DNA of 64,000 nt from Planctomycetota bacterium (GTDB lineage Bacteria; Planctomycetota; Brocadiia; Brocadiales; Bathyanammoxibiaceae). Positions within the stretch are counted from its first letter, which is position 1, and each line of letters begins with the position of its first letter. Location: assembly GCA_016209685.1 (NCBI GenBank), contig JACQVQ010000008.1, forward strand, positions 129,778 through 193,777, written 5' to 3'. The translations under genes were made by a program, and so were the position numbers. This document shows positions 37,615 through 45,673 of this stretch, one piece after another. The notes under the pieces are model-generated. The model did no database searches. It saw only the letters and a list, made by a program, of their open reading frames with translations, and was not told the origin of the DNA.

Positions 37615-37799
37615 CTTATCCTTTTGGTAGGGCAGACCAGTACCGCACTTTTTATCTGCTCAATGTGCGGGCCAAATTTCTCTCTTATCTTGAGCTGGAC
37701 TCCGGTGGACGGATGAAAGGAGAAGACCTCTCTGGCCTCTTCGGCGCACATGGCACAGTTTACACACTTGCCCTCAAACCAGATGGTTTTAATCTCCAT
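37605..37799 (-). CDS. Small single-cluster ferredoxin-like protein
   Basis: 64 aa with CVNCAMC...CP. Overlaps the receiver gene by 10 nt. Confidence 0.55.
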   Translation of the reverse strand: MEIKTIWFEGKCVNCAMCAEEAREVFSFHPSTGVQLKIREKFGPHIEQIKSAVLVCPTKRIRCQ

Positions 37800-37824
37800 G
37801 GGGTTTCTCTCCTTTACAGTAGTA

Positions 37825-37853
37825 GTAGGGGCGGGTTTTAAACCCGCCCCTAC
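37825..37853. repeat. REP-like hairpin GTAGGGGCGGGTTTTAAACCCGCCCCTAC
   Basis: Perfect palindrome with GTAG/CTAC heads, between the protoglobin and ferredoxin genes. Confidence 0.85.
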
Positions 37854-37872
37854 ATGCAGAGATTAAATACAC

Positions 37873-38583
37873 CTACACCCAGGGGGCAAAGTAGTCAATG
37901 TGATAGACGTCTATTATCAACCAGAACAGCTTCGTCCAGGCTGCGACTATCCTGCGCATCTTCTCAGGCTCATCCTTGAGTTGCTCGTGGAGGTAATTAA
38001 AGAGGTACTGGTGGATGTACCCCCAGAGGGCCAGGTTCAGCCTTACCGGGACGTATATGTCCTCATTCCCAAAGACAGGCACATGGACCGCACCTACCCA
38101 GCGTACAAAGTTCCAGAAGTCCTCATCCCACTTGCACTCCAGTATCTTCAGCATGAACCTCCTCTGGCGTGCCCTCCTGATAGTTACGTACTCCTCGGCG
38201 ATGTTTCCTTCTTCGTCCCTGAACCACCTGGAAAGCCACGGGTCGGTGACCAGTTTCTCCCAGTATATATGGTCAAGGATTTTATCCAGGGCAGGTGCTA
38301 TGACCTCCTTAGATTCCTTGATAGCCTTCTTGTCATCCTCGGTGAAGTTCAGACATTGAGACATGTACTCCACACGTTTCGTTATGTCCAGACTGGTTTC
38401 TCTGTAGAGGTTCCAGGCCCTCTGGAACTCGGGGACTTCCAGCACTGCGTTGCGCTTCCCGCCCGGGACTTTTGGTTCTGCCTCCATAGGGAACGTCTTC
38501 ATATAAGCCGTTGCCATTGCTGAAGTCATACCTGTCTTTCCTGTCTTTGGATACTCAGTTGCCATTACTGAAGTCATGCCCAT
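37873..38583 (-). CDS. Protoglobin-like single-domain globin
   Basis: Architecture parallels archaeal protoglobin (F.EDDKKAIKE..., ILDHIYWEKL, candidate proximal His in WVGAVHVP, AAWTKLFWL...Y). The N-terminus contains a 48-nt tandem duplication, so the start is ambiguous. Confidence 0.6.
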   Translation of the reverse strand: MGMTSVMATEYPKTGKTGMTSAMATAYMKTFPMEAEPKVPGGKRNAVLEVPEFQRAWNLYRETSLDITKRVEYMSQCLNFTEDDKKAIKESKEVIAPALDKILDHIYWEKLVTDPWLSRWFRDEEGNIAEEYVTIRRARQRRFMLKILECKWDEDFWNFVRWVGAVHVPVFGNEDIYVPVRLNLALWGYIHQYLFNYLHEQLKDEPEKMRRIVAAWTKLFWLIIDVYHIDYFAPWV

Positions 38584-38730
38584 CTCCTTTTCAGAAATTT
38601 GTCATAGAAGGTTAAGACGGCGGACCGTCTCTCTTTTCCCGTGGTAGTAAAAAGTGGACAGTGGACGGCATGCAGGGACAAAGCCTTCTCTGTATACCGT
38701 TTGCCGTCTACTCCTCCTTGTCCTGCGGCC

Positions 38731-38913
38731 TCAAGGCATCATGACTTGAAAGAGGGCCTGTGCTGAGAGTACCCATATCGTGGCTATGCCTAGTAGGACT
38801 GTGCCTATTCCCAGACCGATTCCTGAGGCCAACGCAAGGGTCCTCCTCCGGTTCTTAGCCCTTATCAACGCTTCCACCGGCATGTCTAGGTTCCTTTTCT
38901 TTCCCCACCCCAT
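38731..38913 (-). CDS. Small single-TM membrane protein
   Basis: 60 aa with a strong RBS (AAGGAGG, 8 nt upstream of the ATG). Confidence 0.45.
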   Translation of the reverse strand: MGWGKKRNLDMPVEALIRAKNRRRTLALASGIGLGIGTVLLGIATIWVLSAQALFQVMMP

Positions 38914-38992
38914 GTCTTTGTCCTCCTTTTTAACCAGTAGTCAGAGATAAATCTTTTCCCTGGCTACTAGCTACTGACTACTGTCTACTTTT

Positions 38993-39226
38993 TTATAGTC
39001 TATCCAGTGAGTCTAAAAACTGGCGATGTTCTACCGAGTAGGTAGAAGGCTCGTAATAGGTGCCCTCCCTTGCATGGTCCAGGAGATAATTACATCTGGG
39101 ACACCTGCGGTTATGAGGCCCTTCGCTCTTAAAACTCCTACCACACATCAAACAGTCCCTCGTTTTTCTCTGGAGTTTTACCCTCTTCCTTATTATTGGT
39201 GTTAGAGTTAATTGTCTATCCACCAC
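38993..39226 (-). CDS. Small zinc-ribbon protein
   Basis: CLMCGRSF...CPRCN, preceded by AGGAGG. Confidence 0.45.
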   Translation of the reverse strand: MVDRQLTLTPIIRKRVKLQRKTRDCLMCGRSFKSEGPHNRRCPRCNYLLDHAREGTYYEPSTYSVEHRQFLDSLDRL

Positions 39227-39777
39227 ACCCTCCTTTCCAGGTCGCCCTTTACCAACAAGGTGCGGGGCTTACTGCCCAGAAGAATTTGAAATAGCGTGTT
39301 ATGTAACACCATTAAGCATACCCTGTGCCAAAAGGGCATCTTTTTCCCCATAAAGACTCTAATTTCTTAAGTTTTTTATTTTCAAGATCTTACGGGGTGG
39401 TCTGGAAGATGGGGGTCTGTAGTAATCTGTTACAAACTAGTTACACTACAAAACCTGTAGGAATATTTTCCAAAACCCATGTGGAATTGGCTAGATACCA
39501 TGAAAAATTTTCAATAGGTACTTTTCATTAGGCCTGTCTGCCTGAGATGGATCTCTCTTCCTGAGATGAACTGCTGCCGAGGTGTCCCTCGCCCTGAACC
39601 AGAACGGTTCAGGGCAGGCTACCTTCTTGCAATCCCCCGCATTATCTGATATTTTACTGAGAGGATGCACGTTTGGGGAAATCCACCTCAGGCTAAAGGG
39701 GTAATTCATGGACTGCCCCTACAAACTATTTCAGTCTTTATTCATACGCCTCTAGTGCCACCACCAAAGGAGAGTTT

Positions 39778-40794
39778 ATGAGCACCTTTGCCCCAGAGAC
39801 CGAAAGCCCCGATATTAAGGCCATAGAAAGGATTGCCGAGGGGCGGCAAAAGATAAGGGAAGAGATATCAAAGGTAATAGTGGGACAGGAGGAAGTGATA
39901 GAGCATATGCTTATCGCCCTCTTTTGTAAGGGCCACTGCCTGTTTGTGGGTGTACCGGGTCTGGCCAAGACCCTGCTGGTGAGCACCCTGGCCGAGGTGC
40001 TCCATTTGCGCTTTAGCCGTATACAATTCACACCCGACCTTATGCCGGCTGACATAACCGGTACCGACGTCCTGGAGCAGGACCATACCACAGGCAGGCG
40101 TTTCTTTAGGTTCATAAAGGGCCCCATCTTTGCCAATATCCTCCTGGCCGATGAAATCAACCGTACACCCCCAAAGACCCAGGCCGCCCTCCTCCAGTCC
40201 ATGCAGGAGTATAAGGTTACTGCCGGGGGGAATACGTATCCACTGGAACTCCCATTCCTGGTCTTCGCCACACAAAACCCCATAGAGCAGGAAGGTACCT
40301 ATCCCCTCCCCGAGGCCCAGCTGGACAGGTTTATGTTCCAGATAGACATAGACTACCCCTCCCAGGCAGAAGAGATGGAGATAGTCAGGACTACTACGGG
40401 TGCCTTCAGGCCCACGCTTACCAGGGTCTTTGGTCCAGAGGAGATTCGGGCGTTCCAGGAAATCGTCCTGAAGGTGCCTGTATCGGACCACGTCCTCTCC
40501 TACGCCGTAAGGTTAGTGAGGGCCTCAAGACCTACGGCTAAAGATGCCCCGGATTTTGTTAAGAAGTGGATAAGCTGGGGTGCAGGCCCAAGGGCCTCCC
40601 AGTACCTCATCTTAGGGGGTAAGACCAGGGCCCTCCTCCAGGGGCGCTATGCCGTTAACACGGAAGACATCCGCCGCCTCTGTCGTCCTATCCTACAGCA
40701 TAGGGTCATTACCAACTTCCATGCCGAGGCAGAGGGCATCTCCTCCAGGGAGATCATTGACAAGCTCCTGGAGACAGTGAAAGAACACGAATAA
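39778..40794 (+). CDS. MoxR-family AAA+ ATPase
   Basis: Walker A GVPGLAKT, Walker B LLADEINR. RBS AAAGGAG. Confidence 0.92.
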   Translation: MSTFAPETESPDIKAIERIAEGRQKIREEISKVIVGQEEVIEHMLIALFCKGHCLFVGVPGLAKTLLVSTLAEVLHLRFSRIQFTPDLMPADITGTDVLEQDHTTGRRFFRFIKGPIFANILLADEINRTPPKTQAALLQSMQEYKVTAGGNTYPLELPFLVFATQNPIEQEGTYPLPEAQLDRFMFQIDIDYPSQAEEMEIVRTTTGAFRPTLTRVFGPEEIRAFQEIVLKVPVSDHVLSYAVRLVRASRPTAKDAPDFVKKWISWGAGPRASQYLILGGKTRALLQGRYAVNTEDIRRLCRPILQHRVITNFHAEAEGISSREIIDKLLETVKEHE

Positions 40795-40798
40795 AATC

Positions 40799-40900
40799 GT
40801 AGGGGCAGACCTGCGTGTCTGCCCATTAGGTTATAGACACTTACGTAGCGTGCGAGTCATGCCTTAGGCAGATCCGCCTCTGGCGGACTTGCCTCGCACG
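40799..40900. repeat. REP-like hairpin plus nested hairpin containing a TCCGCCTCTGGCGGA variant
   Basis: GTAGGGGCAGACCTGCGTGTCTGCCC (40799-40826). CGTGCGAG...CTCGCACG (40849-40900) encloses the palindrome at 40873-40887. Confidence 0.75.
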
Positions 40901-40912
40901 TCCTCTGGAATA

Positions 40913-41830
40913 ATGAAGAAACCAGAAGTCAAGACCTTTGACCCAGCCACCCTAAGCAAGATATCCGACCTTAGCCTCAGGGCACGCTATGTGGTAGAGG
41001 GAACCCTTGCGGGTATACATAAGAGTCCCCACAAGGGCTCAAGCATAGAGTTCCTGGAACATAAGGAATACTCCCCTGGGGATGAGATAAAACATATAGA
41101 CTGGAAGGTGCTGGGGAGGTCAGATAAATACTATCTGAAACAGTTTGAGGATGAGACCAATCTAAGGGCCTACCTCCTCCTGGATACCAGTGGTTCCATG
41201 GGTTATGGCTCAGGGGCAATGACTAAACTAGAGTACGCTACCACCCTGGCCGCTTGCCTGTGCTACCTGTTACTTATGCAATCGGATGCCGTGGGCCTCC
41301 TCCTCTTTGGGGAAGGGGTACCAGCCTCAGGCGGATACATACCCCCGAGGGCCAAATCCAACCACCTCCAGGTACTACTGGGCGCCCTTCATGGACTCAA
41401 GGCCCAGGGGAAGTCCAGGCTTGTCCAGGTGCTGGGGGATTTTGCCGAAAGGGACCCAAGACGTTCCCTGATAGTCCTGCTCTCAGACCTGTTTGATGAC
41501 GTAAAGGAGGTATCCAAACGACTCAATCAGCTCAGACAGCGCAACAACGAGGTAGTGCTGTTCCAGATACTGGACAGCTATGAACTAGAATTCCCCTTCG
41601 GAGAGCTAACCCTGTTCCAGTCCATGGAAGATACTACCCAAGTGCTGGCCGAACCCAGGGCCATCAGGGGGGCCTATCAGGCTGAACTGGCCCGCTTCCT
41701 GGAGGAGATACGCCAGGGCTGTCTGGAGAACCAGATTGACTATTGGCTCGTTAACACCTCTACCCCCATAGACCGTGCCCTCCTCGGGTATCTAGCCACA
41801 AGGGAAAGGTTCCATCAGAGGTCCAAATAA
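40913..41830 (+). CDS. DUF58 (vWA-like) protein, MoxR partner
   Basis: HKGSSIEFLEHKEYSPGDEIKHIDWK. I use ATG 40913 because the track's TTG 40889 lies inside the hairpin repeat. Confidence 0.85.
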   Translation: MKKPEVKTFDPATLSKISDLSLRARYVVEGTLAGIHKSPHKGSSIEFLEHKEYSPGDEIKHIDWKVLGRSDKYYLKQFEDETNLRAYLLLDTSGSMGYGSGAMTKLEYATTLAACLCYLLLMQSDAVGLLLFGEGVPASGGYIPPRAKSNHLQVLLGALHGLKAQGKSRLVQVLGDFAERDPRRSLIVLLSDLFDDVKEVSKRLNQLRQRNNEVVLFQILDSYELEFPFGELTLFQSMEDTTQVLAEPRAIRGAYQAELARFLEEIRQGCLENQIDYWLVNTSTPIDRALLGYLATRERFHQRSK

Positions 41831-41896
41831 CTAGGGGGTAGGGAGTAGGGAGTAGGGAAGAAGATTGCTATCCCCTGCTCCCTACACCCTAGCCCC
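41831..41896. repeat. Inverted heptamer arrays (GGGGGTA GGGAGTA GGGAGTA GGG ... CCCCTGCTCCCTACACCCTAGCCCCT)
   Basis: Four G-runs at 41834-41857 form a canonical G4 motif, followed by a C-rich imperfect complement. Confidence 0.8.
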
Positions 41897-41906
41897 TATT
41901 TTAGCT

Positions 41907-44099
41907 ATGCATCTACTTAACCCATTATTTCTACTAGGGATACTGGGGGTCGCCCTCCCCGTCCTCATCCATCTCATGGGCAGACGCAGGGCCCCCCTGT
42001 ACCACTTTGCGGCCATAGATTTTATCCTCCGTTCCCAGAAAAGGATAGAGGCCCGTCTCAAACTCCAGCACCTCCTCCTGCTCCTCCTCAGGGCAGGAGT
42101 AATCTTCCTTATAGTCCTTGCCCTGGCCAAACCGCTACTCCAGGAAAGGGGACTAGCCCTGGCACCCATAGGGGCCTCCTCTAGCAACGTCTTTATAATT
42201 GACAACTCTTTCAGCATGAACTACCAGACTGGAGAATCCACCCTCCTGGCTCAGGCCAAGGCACGGGCCAGGGAGCTTGTCGCCAGTCTCTCGCCCTCTG
42301 ACGAGGGATACGTCCTGGCTACCCACTCCGCCTCAGGCGGACTGTCTGCCGCTGGCGGGCTAACCCCTGATAGGGCTAGACTCCTGGAGTCGTTAGAGGG
42401 CATTGTGCCCTCTTTTTACTCTACTCCGATTAACCCCTCCCTTGAGAAGGCCCTTTCACTACTTAATGGCTCAAAAAAGGAATTAAAGAGGGTCTTCCTC
42501 TTTACAGACCTGACCCAGAATAGCTGGAGAGAACCCCAAGACCTGAGCGATTCCTTTAAGAAAGCGACGGCGTTTCTCTACATAATTGATACCGCCAGGG
42601 GACAGCCCCTCTCCAACCTGGCCATCACAGCCCTGGAATCCAGTTATGATTGGACCAGAAAGGACGGTAAGGTACACCTTAAGGCCACTATCCAGAACTT
42701 CTCTGATGCACACGTGAAGGACCTCCTGGTCAGGGTTGGATGGGGTGGCAGGCCCGCTACTACCAATGGAAAAGGCACAGCCCAGGGGTTCCTGGACCTC
42801 CCACCACACTCCCAGGCGGTCAAGGAATTCTTCCTGGATGCCCCTGGAGAGGCCGTCCTCTGGGGTTGTGTAGAGATAGTGGAATCTGCTGACGGTGGAT
42901 TGGTTGCTGACAACCAGCGTTATTTCGCACTCCCTTCAGTAAAGGATATGTCGGTGCTGGTCATAGACGGTGCGCCCAGCATCTACCTTTATCAATGCGA
43001 GAGCTTTTACCTGGAGAGGGCCCTTAACCCTGCCCGACTCCATCACTCTTATATAAAACCTACGGTCATAATACCCAGGGAGATACCATCGGTGAGGTTT
43101 AAGGACTTTGACCTGGTTATCCTGGCCAACGTGGAGGAGATGCCATCTCAGAAAGTAGCAGAATTGACCAGTTACGTGAAAGAGGGGGGGAAGGTCTTAT
43201 TTAGTCTGGGCAATAATGTGCGGACAGAATATTACAATACCTCCCTGGGAGAATTAGTACCCAAACTCCGTATGGCAGTGGAGTCCCCCAAGGAATCAGG
43301 CGGGTTAAGCCTCGGCTCCCTTGATACCTCACACCCTATCTTGAGGGTCTTTGCCGGGGAGCGTTCAGCCCTGCTTGGGGCATCCAATTTTTACAAGGTC
43401 TTTCTCATTGAACCGCAGGTTACGGGGAGCGTTAGCACCGTATTAAGCTATTCCAATGGCGCCCCGGCCCTGCTGGAGATGTCGTGTGGGAAGGGGCGTT
43501 CCATGCTCTTTACTTCTACTTTTGACAGGGATTGGACTGACCTGCCGGTGAAGCCTATCTTTCTGCCTCTAATACAACAGATATGTCTGTATCTTACGGG
43601 CAATTTAATAGAGGTAGGGCCTGGGGAGGTTATCGTGGGCCAGGAGTGGGAGATGCCCCTCTCCCAGGAGGACGCCTCTATGGAGGTGTTAGACCCAGGG
43701 GGCAATCTCTTCAGCCCCTCTATAAAGAGCCATCCCTCCAGGGCCGTAGTGGTCTCACAAACTGATTATCCTGGCATCTACCGTATCAAGAAGGTGGTAT
43801 CCGCCCCTTCGCTCCGCTCAAGGGCAGGCTCAGGCGGGCCTGTCGCAGAGAGGCAGTCCCCGGTCCCCTGGGCGGTCTTCGCCGTGAACGTGGACCCAAG
43901 GGAGAGCGACCTTTCCAGGATAGACCCCGCCCAGTTGAGGTCATCCCTGGGAGAAGAGAGGGTGGGCCTGGGCCTTCCTGGGGCCGTAGGAGGGCATGAG
44001 GGTCTTGTCGCCGGTCTAAGGCTCTGGCCTATACTGCTCATTACCGCCCTGGGGCTACTGACGATGGAATCCTTCGTAGTTGGACGCAGGCCATCATGA
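41907..44099 (+). CDS. BatA-like (aerotolerance regulator N-terminal domain) large membrane protein, with repeat-derived in-frame insertions
   Basis: MHLLNPLFLLGILGVALPVLIHLMGRRR start. Contains TCCGCCTCAGGCGGA in-frame at 42327-42341 and the 50-nt module at 43796-43845 (SAPSLRSRAGSGGP). Confidence 0.75.
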   Translation: MHLLNPLFLLGILGVALPVLIHLMGRRRAPLYHFAAIDFILRSQKRIEARLKLQHLLLLLLRAGVIFLIVLALAKPLLQERGLALAPIGASSSNVFIIDNSFSMNYQTGESTLLAQAKARARELVASLSPSDEGYVLATHSASGGLSAAGGLTPDRARLLESLEGIVPSFYSTPINPSLEKALSLLNGSKKELKRVFLFTDLTQNSWREPQDLSDSFKKATAFLYIIDTARGQPLSNLAITALESSYDWTRKDGKVHLKATIQNFSDAHVKDLLVRVGWGGRPATTNGKGTAQGFLDLPPHSQAVKEFFLDAPGEAVLWGCVEIVESADGGLVADNQRYFALPSVKDMSVLVIDGAPSIYLYQCESFYLERALNPARLHHSYIKPTVIIPREIPSVRFKDFDLVILANVEEMPSQKVAELTSYVKEGGKVLFSLGNNVRTEYYNTSLGELVPKLRMAVESPKESGGLSLGSLDTSHPILRVFAGERSALLGASNFYKVFLIEPQVTGSVSTVLSYSNGAPALLEMSCGKGRSMLFTSTFDRDWTDLPVKPIFLPLIQQICLYLTGNLIEVGPGEVIVGQEWEMPLSQEDASMEVLDPGGNLFSPSIKSHPSRAVVVSQTDYPGIYRIKKVVSAPSLRSRAGSGGPVAERQSPVPWAVFAVNVDPRESDLSRIDPAQLRSSLGEERVGLGLPGAVGGHEGLVAGLRLWPILLITALGLLTMESFVVGRRPS

Positions 44100-44761
44100 A
44101 GGGAAGGGTAGGATTGTATATGGACGACATATGCCTTTTTTTTGTATTGTGGCTATTGCCTTTTGCCTTGCTGGTAGGGGTTTCCAATGGCAATGAGGAG
44201 GACCGCAGCCGCTGGGAGGAGCGTTACGCCACGCCTGAGTACGTCTATGGAAAGGAGCCTGTAGAGTTCCTTAAGGAGAACGTAGAATTCCTTCCCAAAG
44301 GCAGGGCCATTGTCCTTGCCATGGGCGAGGGGAGAAACGCCGTTTTCCTGGCCCAGAGGGGTTTTGAGGTGGAGGGGGTAGACATCTCTACCAATGCCCT
44401 GGAGAAGGCAAGACGCCTTGCCCTGGAAAAGGGAGTGGACGTGAGGGCCTTCCAGGCCGATTTAGATAGTTATCAACTCCCCAGTCAGGGCTACGACGTG
44501 GTGGCCTGCTTCTACTACCTCCAGAGGGGTCTCATACCACAGATGAAGGCGGCCCTCAAGCCGGGGGGGATGATTATTATGGAGACTTATACCAAGGATA
44601 ACCTCAAACATGGTTTCAGCGGCCCCCAAAACCAGGACTACCTCCTGGACACCAACGAACTCCTGCACCTCTTCAGTGATTTGAAGGTGGTTCTTTATAG
44701 GGAGATGGTGGTGGAGGGACGCAAGGCCGTTGCAGGCATTATAGCCCAGAGGGTGGAATAA
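44096..44761 (+). CDS. Class I SAM-dependent methyltransferase with an N-terminal TM segment
   Basis: VLAMGEGRNAVFLAQRGFEVEGVDIS (motif I). ATGA overlap with the upstream gene. Confidence 0.75.
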   Translation: MKGRVGLYMDDICLFFVLWLLPFALLVGVSNGNEEDRSRWEERYATPEYVYGKEPVEFLKENVEFLPKGRAIVLAMGEGRNAVFLAQRGFEVEGVDISTNALEKARRLALEKGVDVRAFQADLDSYQLPSQGYDVVACFYYLQRGLIPQMKAALKPGGMIIMETYTKDNLKHGFSGPQNQDYLLDTNELLHLFSDLKVVLYREMVVEGRKAVAGIIAQRVE

Positions 44762-44865
44762 CACGCCCCAGGCCCTCCTCTTTTTAGAGGAGGCATTACG
44801 AGGAGATAACAATGTGTAAGACCTGTGCCAGACACAATCCTAAAAAGAAGAAATAGTTGGCCTCA

Positions 44866-45408
44866 TCATCTTTTGTAAAGCCCCACCAGTTCAGCCTGGG
44901 CGAGGATATGGCCCTTCATGGCCTTTTCTACGTCCTTTTTGGTGGCCCTGGGGGGTAGACCGAGCTTTGCGTCAAGGGCGTAGAGTTTGAAGAAGTAGCG
45001 GTGAGCTGGGCCAGGGGGTGGACATGGTCCCCCGTAACCTACCTTCCTAAAATCGTTTACACCTTGTCTTGCCCCGTTCTCAAGGACCTCTTCCGGGGCC
45101 ATTCCTTCAGGGAGTTCCCTCGTCTCAGGGGGGAGGTCGTATATTACCCAGTGTACCCATGTGCCCACGGGTGCGTCTGGGTCATCGCAGATAAGGGCGA
45201 GGCCCTGGGTCTTCTCTGGGACATCTGTCCAGCTTAGCGGTGGGGAGACGTCTGCCCCGTCACAGGTATACTTAACAGGGATTTTTTCCTGGGCCTTGAA
45301 GGCCGAACTCTTTATCTCCATGGCCATAGCCTCCTCCGCCCCCATAACACAGGTGATTATTGAGAATGTGCCTATTATAACAAAGGCTATAACGGATTTG
45401 ATACGCAT
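44866..45408 (-). CDS. Secreted YbhB/YbcL (PEBP/Raf-kinase-inhibitor-like) family protein
   Basis: CDDPDAP...WVHWVIYDL...GYGGPCPPPG..HRYFFKLYALD. Start taken at ATG 45408 (RBS GGGGTGAG). The track start at 45459 lies inside the MITE. Confidence 0.88.
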   Translation of the reverse strand: MRIKSVIAFVIIGTFSIITCVMGAEEAMAMEIKSSAFKAQEKIPVKYTCDGADVSPPLSWTDVPEKTQGLALICDDPDAPVGTWVHWVIYDLPPETRELPEGMAPEEVLENGARQGVNDFRKVGYGGPCPPPGPAHRYFFKLYALDAKLGLPPRATKKDVEKAMKGHILAQAELVGLYKR

Positions 45409-45431
45409 CTTCTCACCCCTTTTCATTAAAT

Positions 45432-45673
45432 GAGACCTTTGCAAAAGTCTCAACCACACTACTTGTCATTCTGAGTGAGCCAAAGCCCTGAGCGGAGCGA
45501 AGGGGAAGCGAAGAATCTAGACCCTTCGCTCCGCTCAGGGTGACATTTCGGATTAGAGATTCTTTCCGCCTCAGGCGGGCTTTGCTCCCTCAGACGCCGT
45601 CAGATTCGCTTCGCTCACTACAAGCCTGAGCGAAGCCGAAGGAATGACATTTAAGGTGTCTTTCAGAGGTCTC
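45432..45673. mobile_element. MITE, composite 242-bp copy, TSD TAAAT
   Basis: GAGACCTTTGCAAAAG...CTTTCAGAGGTCTC. TAAAT flanks it at 45427-45431 and 45674-45678. Sits between the stop of the type IIG gene and the PEBP start. Confidence 0.88.

Noticed and set aside
41865-41906. Track start of the BatA-like ORF (MLSPAPYTLAPILA...)
   Set aside because: These codons are the C-rich arm of the heptamer array. The conserved BatA-like N-terminus begins at ATG 41907.
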